NCBI RefSeq assembly: GCF_006345805.1
Contig: NC_043005.1
Location: forward strand, 54,622,001 to 54,686,000
Length of the DNA stretch: 64,000 bases
Direction of reading: 5' to 3'
Source of the DNA: Octopus sinensis
Lineage: Eukaryota
Within the stretch, counting starts at the first letter, position 1, and every line of letters begins with the position of its first letter. Shown here one piece after another: positions 26,830 to 39,812 of the stretch. Under the pieces are notes generated by a model. That model did not search any database and was not told the DNA's origin. It saw nothing but the letters and a program-made list of their open reading frames with translations. The translations under genes were made by a program, and so were the position numbers.

Positions 26830-28345
26830 GAGGCAAGTGTGTGACACTTTGTGAAGACCTGTTGAGGCAGAGGCAAGTGTGTGACACTTGTGAAGACCTG
26901 TTGAGGCAAGTGAAAATCGTACCAGTACCGGTGGCACACAAGAAAACCATCCGAACGTGGCCGTAGCCAGTACCGCATCGACTGGCCTCTGTGATGTGGG
27001 CACATAACAAACACCATCCGATCGTGGTGGCCCCTACCTGGGACGTAGTCAGTCCACCTGTGCATATCTTCCTTCTTGTGACACTTGTGAAGACCTGTTG
27101 AGGCAAGTGAAAATCAACAAATCAAAAAATCAAAACAAATCAAAATAGATGAACATCAATGGAATCTGTATCTCTGTGGTACCAGTGCCGGTGGCACACA
27201 AGAAAACCATCCGAACGTGGCTGTAGCCAGTACCGCATCGACTGGCCTCCGTGCCGTGGGCACATAACAAACGCCATCCGATCGTGGCCGTTCGCCAGCC
27301 TCATCTGGCACCTGTCCGAAGACCCGGCAAGACTAGTCAGGCCATAGCCCATGGCCCCTTCCTGGGACGTAGTCAGTCCACCTGTGCATACCTTCCTTCT
27401 TATGACACTTGTGAAGACCTGTTGAGGCAAGTGATAATAATAATAATAATAATAATAATAATCATAATCAAATCAAATCAAAACAAATCAAAATAGATGA
27501 ACATCAATGGAATTTGTATCTTTGTGGTACCAATGCCAGTGGCACACAAGAAAACCATCCGAACGTGGCAGTAGCCAGTACCACATCGACTGGCCTCCGT
27601 GCTGTGGGCACGTAACAAACACCATCTGATCGTGGCCGTTCGCCAGCCTCATCTGGCACCTGTGTTGTTGGCACATAAAAACACCATCCAAAGACCCGGC
27701 TAGACTAGTCAAGCCATAACCCGTGGCCCCTACCTGGGACGTAGTCAGTCCACCTGTGCATACCTTCCTTCTTATGACACTTGTGAAGACCTGTTGAGGC
27801 AAGTGTGTGACAGTTGTGAAGACCTGTTGAGGCAAGTGAAAATCAAACCAAATCAAAATAGATGAACATCAATGGAATTTGTATCTTTGTGGTACCAGTG
27901 CCGGTGGCACACAAGAAAACCATCCGAACGTGGCCGTAGCCAGTACCGCATCGACTGGCCTCCGTGCTGTGGGCACGTAACAACACCATCCGATCGTGGC
28001 CGTTCGCCAGCCTCATCTGGCACTTGTGTCGGTGGCACATAAAAACACCATCCGAGCGTGGCCGTCTGCCAGCCTCGTCTGGCACCTGTGTTGGTGGCAC
28101 ATAAAAAACACCATCCGAGCGTGGCCGTTCGCCAGCCTCGTCTGGCACCTGTGTCGGTGGCACATAAAATCACCCACTACACTCTCGGAGTGGTTGGCGT
28201 TAGGAAGGGCATCCAGCTGTAGAAACACTGCCAGATCTGACTGGCCTGGTGCAGCCTTCGGGCTCCCCAGACTCCAGTTGAACCGTCCAACCCATGTTAG
28301 CATGGAAAGCAGACGTTAAATGAGGATGATGATGATGATGATGAT
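26830..28345 (+). mobile_element. Composite retroposon: ~4 tandem ~350-365-bp units, then ~60-bp subrepeats, an RTE-type 3' tail and (GAT)n
   Basis: Landmark atagatgaacatcaatggaa at ~27145, ~27493, ~27858; 33-bp subrepeat gtgtgacacttgtgaagacctgttgaggcaagt; ends ...ggcgttaggaagggcatccagctgtagaaac...gacgttaaatgaggatgatgat. Confidence 0.85.
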
Positions 28346-28358
28346 ATATATATATATA

Positions 28359-28411
<53 letters not shown>

Positions 28412-29243
28412 ATATATGTGTGTGTGTGTGTGTGTATGTGTATATATATATATATATACTTTACTCTTTTACTTGTTTCAGTCATTTGCCTGTAGCCCTG
28501 CTGGAGCACCGCCTTTAGTTGATTGAGCATATCGACCACAGGACTTATACTTTGTAAGCCTAGTACTTATTCTACCGGTTCCTTTTGCCGAACTGCTAAG
28601 AAGGAGAAAAAAGTCATTTATTTTACTAAATCTCATCGAAATTTTGGTAATTTACAAAATCAATCAAAGTACATACACAATTTCTTTATAAATATAGCAA
28701 TAAAAGAGCTACAGTGTTATTAATTAGTCATTACTGGCTTCACACTCCTTGAAACGTTCAGTCCTGTGACTCATACTGTAGTCTTTGAAAAATGAAGAAG
28801 AGATAATGAAGAGAAGGAATATATAAAAGACAGCTGATACCAAAAAATCAATGATTATTGACAGGCTATGAGCACCCTTTGCTGCTGAAGCAGAGTATTT
28901 TGAAATCGAACACAGGAGATAGCACGAAGAGGGGAGGAGACGTCGTTATGAGCCTCCTGTGGCTGTTGTTTGGGGGTCACTTTCAGTGTCCTCAGTGCCA
29001 CAGGATCTGCCTGTCTTGTATTGTCAGCCAAAAGATAAAATTTTGTTCTTATTAGACTTGCTTCAGTTGTTAAACAACAGCTATGCTGGAGCACCAACTT
29101 GAACCCTGTAGCATTTAAATAAGCTGTATCCAGCCAAAATATTCTACCTGTTTTATTTTCAAATAAGTTAGATCTGGTTTCTCACACTTACCCAATAATG
29201 TCAGTCTAAAAATAAGAATCATATCTTAAAATTTTGAAGTGAT

Positions 29244-29658
29244 AGGCACAGGAATGGCTGTGTGATAAGTAGCTTGCTTAACAACCACATGGTCATAGGT
29301 TTAGTCCCACTGTGTGGCACCTTGGGCAAGTGTCTTCGAGCCTCGGGCCAACCAAAGCCTTGTAAGTGGATTTGGTAGACGGAAACTGAAAGAAGCCCGT
29401 CGTATATGTATATATGTGTATATATGTGTATGTGTGTATATGTTTGTGTGTCAGTGTTTGTCCCCACCAACATCGCTTGACAACCAATGCTGGTGTGTTT
29501 ACATTCCCGTAACCTAGCGGTTCAGCAAAAGAGACCAATAGAATAAGTACTAGTCTTACACAGAATAATCTCTGGGGTCGATTTGCTCGTCTAAAGGCGG
29601 TGCTCCAGCATAGCCACAGTCAAATGACTGAGACAAGTAAAAGAGAGAGTAAAAGAGA
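29244..29658 (+). mobile_element. Family A SINE, full length
   Basis: Consensus head to tail. Confidence 0.9.
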
Positions 29659-29684
29659 GAGACATCTTAAAATCTTGAAGATAT

Positions 29685-30235
29685 AGGTGCAAGAGTGGCT
29701 GTGTGGTAAGTAGCTTGCTTATATATTGGAAGTCAATATGTTCAGGGTGTTGGACTACTTCCCAAAGGACCAGTTTAGGTTTGCCTCCAGGGGTCCTGAA
29801 CTGAAACTGGAGCATTGCCTGCGGGAGGCATACAGCATGGTCGGGGAGGAAGAATAAAGAGGCTTTAGTGCCTAAAATGTTTATTGTATGTTATTGTTTG
29901 TAAGAGGCTCAGCGCCTCAATTTGTAATGGATTATTAAGTCCAGTAATTGTAAGAACTGAGGTAAGAGGTTTAGTACCTTGCTTTGTTATATATGTATGT
30001 ATGTATATGTACATGTGTGTATATGTTTGTGTGTCTGTGTTTGTCCCCCCTACATCATTTGACAACTGATACTGATGTGTTTACGTCCCCGTAACTTAGC
30101 GTTTCGGCAAAAGAGACCGATAGAAAAAGTACTAAGCTTACAAAGAATAAGTCCTGGGGTCGATTTGCTCGACTAAAGGCAGTGCTCCAGCATGGCCACA
30201 GTCAAATGACTGAAACAAGTAAAAGAGTAAAAAAA
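29685..30235 (+). mobile_element. Family A SINE whose CORE-like middle is replaced by an unrelated ~265-bp sequence (29723-29985)
   Basis: Head ends at gtagcttgctt; the 3' half resumes after (TA/TG)n at ~30010. Confidence 0.75.
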
Positions 30236-31080
30236 TGCATTACATTTGATGGAGCATTCTGAATGCTAAAGGGTTAAGAGTTTAGTTGAACAAATTGCCC
30301 CCAGTACTTATTCTGTTCAAGCCTGGTTCTTAATCAACCTTGTCAACCATGCGCACCTCTATGATAAATAAAGTGCTGGAGAGAGAGAGGAGGAGGAATA
30401 TGCTGGATCAATGCCATCATCAGTTTCGATTGGCTGTCATACACAGCAAAAGTAAGCAGGTAAGCAGCAAATGGACACCCAACCAGAAGGACAGACCTAT
30501 ACCAACAAAAACAAGGACAACAACAGAAGAAGCATCCCATGCAATATATATATCACAGTACGAATGCAGCAAAATTCTTTGTCTGTGAACAGATCACAGT
30601 TTTGAGTGACAAAAACTTTGACACCATTAGACAAGTAAATGTTTGACTAAAGTTGACGGTCTTTACTGTGTTTCTGAATGGCTAACTTGTGTCCAAATAT
30701 CTTTGATAATAAGTTTGCTTCAGCAGGGGTAACCTATGGTTCAACAACAACAACAACAGCAGCAGCAGTAAGTCCAGTGTGAAGCCAGTGAGGAAGTCTC
30801 TTTGTGGTCGTACAACCTGCTAGAAATAGCAGTAAATATGCACTACATGATTTAACATCACCACCTGTACATTGGGTGTCTTTAGTGGAGTCCACTCTTT
30901 TGTAAAGGTCCAAGCCAGATTCCCAGTTTGAGGATAACTTCTTCCTTTCCTTCCATAGTCTTAGACATCCCGAAAATTTCACTAGTGAAGACTGACTAAA
31001 CCATTAAAAAAGAAAACCACACCCTAAATTCCTTAAAAAAAGGAATGATATAATATATAATATAGTTCTTGATACTTGTG

Positions 31081-31417
31081 TGAAGGCGCATGGCTCAGTG
31101 GTTAGAGCATTGAGCTTATGATTGTGAGGTTGTGAGCTAAAATCCCGGACCGGGCAGCGTGTTGTGTTCTTGAGCAAGACACTTTATTTCATGTTGCTCC
31201 AGTTCACTCAGCTGTAGAAATGAGTTGCGATGTCACAGGTGCCAAGCTGTATCGGCCTTTGCCTTTCCCTTGGATAACACTGGTAGTGTGGAGAGGGGAG
31301 GCCAGTATGCATGGGCAACTGCTGGTCTTCCATAAACAACCTTGCCCGGACTTGTGCCTGGGAGGGTAACTTTCTAGGTGCAATCCCTTGGTCTGTGTCA
31401 TGACCGAAGGGGATCTC
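31081..31417 (+). mobile_element. tRNA-derived SINE, family B, full length
   Basis: A-box tggctcagtgg 31091-31101, cttgagcaagacacttta CORE-like segment, body shared with 11840-12170. Confidence 0.85.
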
Positions 31418-33834
31418 AGACTTCCGAAAAGTCAAGATAGCTATGATTGGAATATGTTCAGTCATATGTGTACTCCATCAGGACCAACCTGTTATTTCTG
31501 TTTTAGTTTGCACTGATAAGCTGGAAACCTCTTTAGGCTTATAAAAGACATGAAGAAACCAGCCCAACATGTCATCCCTCAAATCAGTACTGAAACGCAA
31601 AAGTATTCTGAAGCACACTAATAATCCGACAGGTTATTGGGCAAAACTACTTCAATGTCCTAAATTAATCTCGTCCTTTGTTCCTAAATAATCATCACAC
31701 AAACACAACATTCCAACATAAGCTGAAACTCCTCTCAGACGACATACATTGGTTTTGAATATATCAGAATTATAGAATCTTTAAAGAGGTGATAATTAAT
31801 AACTTTATGGGGAATTTTGACAACTGAGCTGAATGTAAAACCTATTTCTTGTCTGTATATTTTATTATTATGTAAATTACATACATTGCTCTTCGCAGTT
31901 TCTTTCTTTTAGACATCAATATAAAATATTTCCTTTTGTGTCTCTTATTATTATTCAATTTTAAAACACAGCTTGTCTGGACTTTACTAAAGTGTTTACT
32001 CGTTAGATTTACATGAAGTTAAATGAACCCACTTCCACACACCACTTGTAGTGTGTCTCCAGGCTTGGAAGCTATTATTTTCTTCTAGACATCCTTGTTT
32101 TGCTTTGTTTATAATTTGTTTGTTTCCTACACAATTTCCATATAAAACACTCAACCAATATGTCTTCCTTGCAGACTCTGAACTGTTCTGATTTAAAGTG
32201 CAGATCAACCAATCAAGGCCTTTTCAACTCTGGTGCCTAAAGGCTATGTGTTTGTCACATTTTTCAAAGTGCAACATTAAAAAAACTACAATATAATTAC
32301 ATCTAGAAAGAAACAATGCATAGGAGAGATTTTCATGTAAAGAATGAGCCATATTGAACTGATAACAAAAAAAAGTGTTTGATGGAAGAAAGCCAGTATA
32401 ATTATCAAAGAAAACCAAATAAATTGATAAATCAGTTCCTTAAACAAGTGATTTATCAAAGTCTCAGATTTCAAAAGCCTAGTCTAGAAGCTTTTTTTCT
32501 ATGAAGACAATACACAAATTGATTAACAATGTACAATGCACCAATCCTACCCTACCATTCCAATAGACACGAACAATGAGAGCAGATAGAGGACTCAGAT
32601 GTTACATTCTTAATTGCAGAACTGTCTGCCCAACAATTAAGGAAACTGCTTCAATAGCAAGTCATATAAATAAAGCTTTTGACTTACTATCAATGGCAGC
32701 AGAAGTATGCAAGTGCACACAACATGGGTATGTGGCAGGGTAGTGTAGGTCATCTATGAAATATATAGTTTCATTTCCAGTTCGTTTTGGAATAATTTAT
32801 TGTCATGTATCAATAAGTAAAATGGAAAAACGATATATAATACATATATACGTGTGTGTATGTATATATATATATATATATGTGTATGTATGTATGTATA
32901 TATATGTATATATAGTCTTAATTGCTTTCGTTTTCTTTTTCTTTTTAATAGCTATTTCCTCATTCCAGTGTTATTGTCAACTGATGTATTTTATTATTTA
33001 CTGCCATATTGTATTGTTGTTTACTGATGTGTATATTTACTCTTGATAGAGGTCATTGCATCGTCTGCCATTTTGTAAAACTAACCGCCTCCACAAGTCT
33101 ATAAAATTCCATAACTAATTTTGTCTGGAAAACCACTTGTAGCATTAACTGTAAACCAATAAGATGGGAGTCCTATATAGGTTGAAGCAATGTGTGCATC
33201 TATGTGTGTACATATATATATATATATATGATTAGAGATTATGTTAGCCTCATGAAGGGATGGTGTTATCCAAGGAAATGCTGGTTCAATACCTTGTATT
33301 TTGGGAGAATTGATTTTATTAAAATAATAGTTATATATATAAAACCATGTAGTTTATATTCATGTAAAGGAAGAAAAAGAAAATGGAAATTGTGAAGTTA
33401 ATAAATGTTTATTATCAATAACAAATCAATCATTATTCCTTACAGCTGTTTCAATTAATACACAAAATATTCTTTTAAAATACTTTTCTTTTAATTTTAC
33501 CAAAATTTAATTGTTTTCCAGACTTACTGTTGAAAAAGTCTCAATGACCGAAACCTGTACTGAAATGCTTTTTATAAAATTATTTTAGCATTTTCTATCT
33601 TGATTTTTTTTCCATATATATATATATATATATACAGCAATGTAATTACACACTGTTGGTAAATTTTTACCCCCTTCTTCAGACTTTTCCATTTTTCCTT
33701 TCTCATGAACAGTTATGCTCAAAACGTCAAGAACTCCCGTTTTTTACTGAGTGTCTAACTAATACTTTCCTTGTGCATGTTCTATGGATGTTTGTTATTT
33801 TTAATTTTAATTGTTCATTTATTTGATTTGACAT

Positions 33835-33889
<55 letters not shown>

Positions 33890-33992
33890 GCATGTATGTT
33901 TATGTACATGGAAAAAGAGAGAAGTTAAACTCACAAATGTGCATTGTTAGTAATTAGGATTCCCACAGTTTTGGTCTATATGTATGATATTG

Positions 33993-34241
33993 TGTCTGGG
34001 GAGAGTCATTCTCTATTAGTGCCTTATTATTTAACACATTCACTGGTTTGATTTCCACTCATTTAGTTATTTGTTTTTCCTAGATATTATGGTGTATCTT
34101 GCAACCTTTTCAATAGTCTATTGAAAAGGTTGCAAGACACAATGACAATTTTAGGAAAAATAAATGAATAAATGAGTGGAAATCGAACCTGTGAGTGTGT
34201 TAAATGATAAGGCACTAAAAGAGAATGACTCTCCCCTGACA
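33993..34241. repeat. Spacerless palindrome (~124-bp arms, centre 34117)
   Basis: tgtctggggagagtcattctc...cttgcaaccttttcaatag-t-ctattgaaaaggttgcaag...gagaatgactctcccctgaca. Confidence 0.93.
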
Positions 34242-34844
34242 TAATAAAATATGCTTCAACACACGAATTCACATAAAGAATCTTGCAACCCAAATACAAA
34301 AACGAAATATGTATGTATGTATATATATTTCATCAGTGTACCATATATCTGAAAAAGAAACACACTCTAAAATAGAGTAGTAATGTATCTATATACAGCT
34401 AGTATATGTTCAGTCATAGAGTGACCAATGGTTTCACATCTATAAAGGGCTTAGCCCCATGGATGACTAATCAGGCTCTAAAACTGAAGGCGTATAATTC
34501 TTCAACTCTGGGAAATAGGAATCTATTACAATCAGTTAGTCAATAAACAAAGAATAATTAATTCAGGCCACCGAGGACGGTTTATCTCCCTTGGACCAGT
34601 TCACATGGGTCAAGAGAGGGGGAACTGGGAATTTCACCCTTTGGCTGCTTTTAGTTCATAAGGACTTTACTGGATCTAATCGATGTATTGGGAATCCTAT
34701 GCTTGTAGCAGGTAGCATTTAAAATGGATGCAGGAGCAATAAATTTCTTGGTGAGAGTTCAGGAGCCTTGGTTTCAGGGAGTCTCTGAAGATCCTTGCTC
34801 ATTCAGCTATGCAAAGCTTGCAGTGTCCACTCTTATTAATATAT

Positions 34845-35076
34845 ATTTCTTTACTACCCACAAGGAGCTAAACACAGAGGGGTCAAACAAGGATGGACAA
34901 AGGGATTAAGTCGATTACATTGACCCCAGTGCGTAACAGGTACTTAATTTATCGACCCCGAAAGGATGAAAGGCAAAGTTGACCTCGGTGGAATTTGAAC
35001 TCGGAACATAATGACAGACGAAATACGGCTATGCATTTTGCCCGGCGTGCTAACGTTTCTGCCAGCTCACACTCCT
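34845..35076 (-). mobile_element. Family D (Nin/Deu-like) SINE, well preserved
   Basis: Minus strand: tggcagaaacgttagc A-box, gagttcaaattcc B-box, gcctttcatcctttcggggtcgataaattaagtacc. Further copies at ~8000-8120(-), 51185-51405(-), 62500-62645(+). Confidence 0.85.
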
Positions 35077-35825
35077 ATTAATATAGGACCCCAGCCACTC
35101 TTTGATCCTCCACTTGATATCATATGAGGTCCCTTCATCTTTGAGGCACCACCTGTGGCTTGCCAAGGACATGATGAATCATTATTCTGGAATCCTGAAA
35201 GAGGACCTGTGGTTGTACAGGTGCTGCTTGAAGCCAATACATTTCTAGGCTTGAGTGTTGGTTGTGTTCACATTTCTAGCAGATCCTCAGTTGGTTCCAG
35301 GCCTGCAGAGGTTGATGTTGCAACTGGTGTTACTAGGGTTGCTATCAATGGTAATTATCACCAGGTATGGCTGCAGCTGTTGTCATTGTTGATCATCCCT
35401 GGTTGTAGTGTTGAGGCACCCACACCACCATTGATGGGACCCACTTCACCATTGGCGACACCAATATTCAGTACAGTTTCAACTCAAAAGGAAATCAGAA
35501 CTTTAAAGGTTACTACTGAATGCTCTAATAACTCTGCCAATTTGCTGCTGCTGCTAATGATGATGACATATATATACATATATATGAGTGAACGTGTGTG
35601 TGTATGTATGTGTGTGTGAGTGTGTATGTATTTAAAGAATTTTACAGCAGTTAAAGAAACATGAATTTCAAGCATCTTTTTCCTCCTAATCCAGAATCAC
35701 CTACTTCTTTATTTGACCTAATTTCAGTTGCAGTAGTGGGATATCTTGAGAAATATAACGCATGGAATAGTATAACGACCAGAGGTTTTAGAAATTCTGC
35801 TTTTATCATCAGATTACTTCCTCTG

Positions 35826-35872
<47 letters not shown>

Positions 35873-35944
35873 TATATTTATATGAAAATATATGTCATCA
35901 TCATCATCATCATCATTATTTAGCGTCCATTTTCCATGCTGGAA

Positions 35945-35980
<36 letters not shown>

Positions 35981-36060
35981 TGTCTGTAAAATACATAAAT
36001 CTGAAAGAAGAAGCACACTCTAAGATGTAGAGTAGTATATATTAAAAATTGGGAAGGCCA

Positions 36061-36156
36061 GTTTATGGGGTTACCTCAGGTTTCCTGTCCATAAAGGGTT
36101 TAGCTTTATAGCATGAAACCCTTTATAGATGAGAAGCCTAAGGTAATCCAATAAAC
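36061..36156. repeat. Short imperfect inverted repeat (~41-bp arms)
   Basis: gtttatggggttacctcaggtttcctgtccataaagggttt / aaaccctttatagatgagaagcctaaggtaatccaataaac. Confidence 0.8.
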
Positions 36157-36223
36157 CAGTTTTACATATATATATATAATTGTTTTGGAATTATCTCTCC
36201 TATCTATCAACCTACTTACCCAG

Positions 36224-36290
<67 letters not shown>

Positions 36291-37514
36291 CCAATCTATT
36301 TGTTTGTTTCTCTCTTTACTCTTTTACTCTTTTACTTGTTTCAGTCATTTGACTGCAGCCATGCTGGAGCACCACCTTTAGTCGAGCTAAAGGGCAATGC
36401 TTCATGAAGCAGACTAAGGACCAAATTTACTCTTTTACTTGTTTCAGTCATTTTGACTGTGGCCATGCTGGAGCACCGCCTTTAGTCAAGCAAATTGAAT
36501 TTTTTCTTCTACGGAAAGAAGAGCAAGCCTTCTTCTATCATACTCTAAATTTTGGTCAACTTTCACTGCAGGGTCTCGGAGGAGATAGTGTTAGTTAAAG
36601 GCTACCAAACCTGCCATACACAGACAACTTCAGCTTTATATATAGAGAGATTTGTCACTCAGATTGTGGCTGAGAATTTCATCAAAGATACATTCGTCTA
36701 TCCAATACAAGTTCCAGTTGAACACTGAGGGTGGGTATGGGAGGGGGGTGATGCAATTGACTTATCTGCTTCCTTGAAATTGCTGGAAAAATGTGTCAAA
36801 ATCTGCAATCCATATTTCAATCAATTAAGCATGTGCATGCATACATATAAGGTAAAGGTGGATTTACCTTCTTGTGTCGTACCGACTCATAAGGACCGGT
36901 TTCCTTGTTTCATGGCATATAAATTCTCCACCTGGATGGGATGCTGGTCTGTTGCAGGTTTACTCATTTTTGCCAGCTGAGGGGACTGGATCATTGTGAA
37001 TTGAAGTGTTTTGCTCAAGGACACGACTCGTCAACCAGTCCAGGAACCGAAACTGCTACCTTACAATCACGAGTCCAACGCCTTTAACCAATAAGCCACA
37101 CACCCCCCACAAGCATATATTGCAGGACAGGCAGCATATATTATTATCTTTGATTTTTTATAATGAAAATTCTTTAATAATGTACATCATATTGGTTATT
37201 GCAAAAAAAAACAACAAAAAAATAATCAGCAACACAAACCAATATCTTATTAATTTTTGGAGTTAGGTAATGACTAGAAAAGAGGACTATGGTTGTTCTC
37301 CTAACTCTGTATAAATGCAGAATTTGAAATGGGAAGGTGGGAATGTAATTAACATTGAATATAATAAGCAACACAGAACTGGAGTAGTGAAAATGAAATA
37401 ATTGAAGTTTCATTAAGTTGGTTAATTTTGTGTCTCTTGTATGATATGCATCTATGTAAGTATAAAGAGAGGGGTAGGGTAAACAGGAAAAGACAGATAA
37501 ATAGCAAGTGAGAT

Positions 37515-38042
37515 AGGCGCAGGAGTGGCTGTGTGGTAAGTAGCTTGCTTACCAGCCACATGGTTCCGGGTTCAGTCCCACTGTATGGCACCTTGGGCAA
37601 GTGTCTTCTACTATAGTCTAGGGCCAACCAAAGCCTTGTGAGTGGATTTGGTAGACAGAAACTGAAAGAAGCCTGTTGTATATATATATAGGAAGCACAT
37701 CCAGCTGTAGAAACTCTGCCAGATCAGACTGGAGCCTAGTGCAGCCCCTGGCTTCCCAGGTCCCGGTCGAACCGTCCAACCCGTGCTAGCGCGGAAAACG
37801 GACGTTAAACGATGATGATGATATATATGTGCGTGTGTGTTTGTGTTTGTTTCTCAACATCACTTGACAACCGATGCTGGTGTGTTTACATCCCCGTAAC
37901 TTAGTGGTTCGGCAAAAGAGACCGATAGAATAAGTACTAGGCTTACAAAGAATAAGTCCTGGGTTCGATTTGCTCGACTAAAGGCGGTGCTCCAGCATGG
38001 CCACAGTCAAATGACTGAAACAAGCAAAAGAGTAAAAGAGTA
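37515..38042 (+). mobile_element. Family A SINE with an RTE-tail fragment (37690-37822) inserted in its central microsatellite
   Basis: SINE 5' half, (TA)n, then ggaagcacatccagctgtagaaac...gacgttaaacgatgatgatg, then SINE 3' half. Confidence 0.88.
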
Positions 38043-38435
38043 CTAGCTTTCATTAGTGGAAGTATTGCCATTGCTGTTGTTTGCTAGCATTATTGATCTA
38101 AGTAATTATGTGGAAATGTTTGTTGACTTCATGCTCGTTAAATGAGGATAACGAAATAATAGGGAATAAAATAGAGGCTGTACCAATAGTAACAACAAAC
38201 AGATATTGAAATTAATTAACATTGTAGTTGCAGGTGTGGCAGTGTGGTAAGTAGCTTGCTTCCCAACCATGTGGTTTCTGGTTCAATCCCACTGCATGGC
38301 ACCAAGCGTTTTCTGCTATAACATCAAGCCAACAAAAGCCTTGTGCATGGATTTGGTAGATGGATATAGCAAAAAAGCTTGCTTTATATATAATGTATAT
38401 GTGTGTATGTGTGTATGTGTGTGTATGTATGTATG

Positions 38436-38487
<52 letters not shown>

Positions 38488-38679
38488 TAGATAGATAGAT
38501 AGATAGATATATACATATATAAATAAAAACTTGGAGAAGAGAAATAGAGAAATAGACAAATAACGTGTGCGTTCGGTCATATAGTAATATAATAAATGAA
38601 TAAAATATATGCATATATACATACATATATGTACATACTTACATCTACATGTATATATACATGCATACATATATATATG

Positions 38680-39244
38680 AGTACAGGACACCACAAATAA
38701 ACGTAGAACACGAGAGATGAGAACATAAAATCAAACAAGGAAACAGACATTTTTTAAACAACGAAAAAACAGGGTACAGGACAAACAATACAAGGAAAAT
38801 TCCCCTTCATCAGCTGTCCCTGGTTTGACTCAAAGTGTGTTTCGAAGGTAAGGACAGAACACAGTCGAAGCAGTCCTTCCTGCAAAAGGAATTAGATAAA
38901 ATTCTTTTGCAGAGGAGTAAAACAAGTGACAAAAACAGGACGTAAAAGCAATACAAATGAAGAAAAAAACAATACAAATGAAGAAAAAACAGTACAATAA
39001 AATGAAGAAAAAAACAGTACAATAAAATGAAGAAAAAACAGTACAATAAAATGAAGAAAAAACAGTACAATAAAGAAACAGGACAGGAAACAGACAATAA
39101 GGGCTTTTTTTGCCAGGACGGTGGAAAAATTAGTTAGAACGCTTGTGAAAAATCGGCTTATGAAGGACAGAGAAGTCGATCTATACTTGTTGAAAGACGA
39201 AGCTGAAAGAAAGTTTTAGCAACCCTCTGGTCAGGAGGAGGAGA

Positions 39245-39278
<34 letters not shown>

Positions 39279-39360
39279 AAGAAACAAGAAGGGTGAAAAA
39301 TAAAGAAAGTTTTAGCAACCCTCTGGTCAGGAGGAGGAGGAGGAGGAGAGAGAGATACAT
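38680..39360 (-). mobile_element. Probable PLE terminal-repeat remnant with a ~23-bp minisatellite (38945-39075) and a ~100-bp local duplication (39205-39360)
   Basis: Minus strand ggacag CTGATGA aggggaattttcctt..tgtcc (half hammerhead, 38779-38819). Tandem aaaatgaagaaaaaacagtacaat; duplicated gaaagttttagcaaccctctggtcaggaggag. Confidence 0.45.
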
Positions 39361-39446
39361 ACACATACGTTCATATATATATATATTATCTGAAATGTAC
39401 AGTATTATATGTCCATCATGGCCAAACCTACCAATCAATCAGTTTT

Positions 39447-39625
39447 ATGCTAGGGTTACAATGGAGTGTTAGGTAACAATCCAATTATTTAACCCTATGC
39501 TCATCAGAGGTAGCCGATATGGAATGAAAGATGATGACTATATTTCATTCCATGTAGGCTACCTCTGATGTACATAGGGTTATATAATTGGGTTGTTACC
39601 TAATATTCCATTGTACTCCTGGCAT
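39447..39625. repeat. Imperfect palindrome whose two arms each carry a degenerate hammerhead
   Basis: Left arm (minus) keeps CTGATGA (plus tcatcag 39501-39507) but has AAAA. Right arm (plus) has CTGATGT 39565-39571, GAAA 39626-39629 and palindromic stem III ACCAATTGGT-A. Confidence 0.8.
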
Positions 39626-39772
39626 GAAACCAATTGGTAAGATCAACTATTATGGATATATAACACTGTGCATTTTGGATAATACATACCCATTTTATTG
39701 ACAGATATACAAGTGCATCTTTCTCCTAACTTCCGGATTTTTAGACGACTTACATATATCTATCTTTTTATC

Positions 39773-39812
<40 letters not shown>

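Noticed and set aside
27400-27860. CTGTTGA...GAAA/GAAG in the composite unit read as a hammerhead
   Set aside because: An 8-bp stem II can form between tandem 33-mers, but there is no stem I partner, the GAAA is GAAG and the cleavage-site base would be G.
27990-28160. HDV-like ribozyme in the 60-bp subrepeat (GCC-TCGTCT-GGC resembles P3/L3)
   Set aside because: L3 is too short, P1.1 is not pairable and there is no convincing J4/2 or P2.
26830-28160. CRISPR-like repeat-spacer array
   Set aside because: The intervening sequences are themselves repeated, the context is eukaryotic and there are no cas genes.
28855-29097. Overlapping short ORFs in a GC-richer patch
   Set aside because: Short, with stops in the flanking frames and no motif; cannot be supported as coding.
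30340-30588. ORF with two gtaagc donor-like sites (MRTSMINKVLERERRRNML...)
   Set aside because: No recognisable homology and no supporting partner exon; it includes a GA microsatellite.
31081-31160. tRNA genes at SINE heads
   Set aside because: A and B boxes are present, but they continue into SINE bodies and do not form complete cloverleaves.
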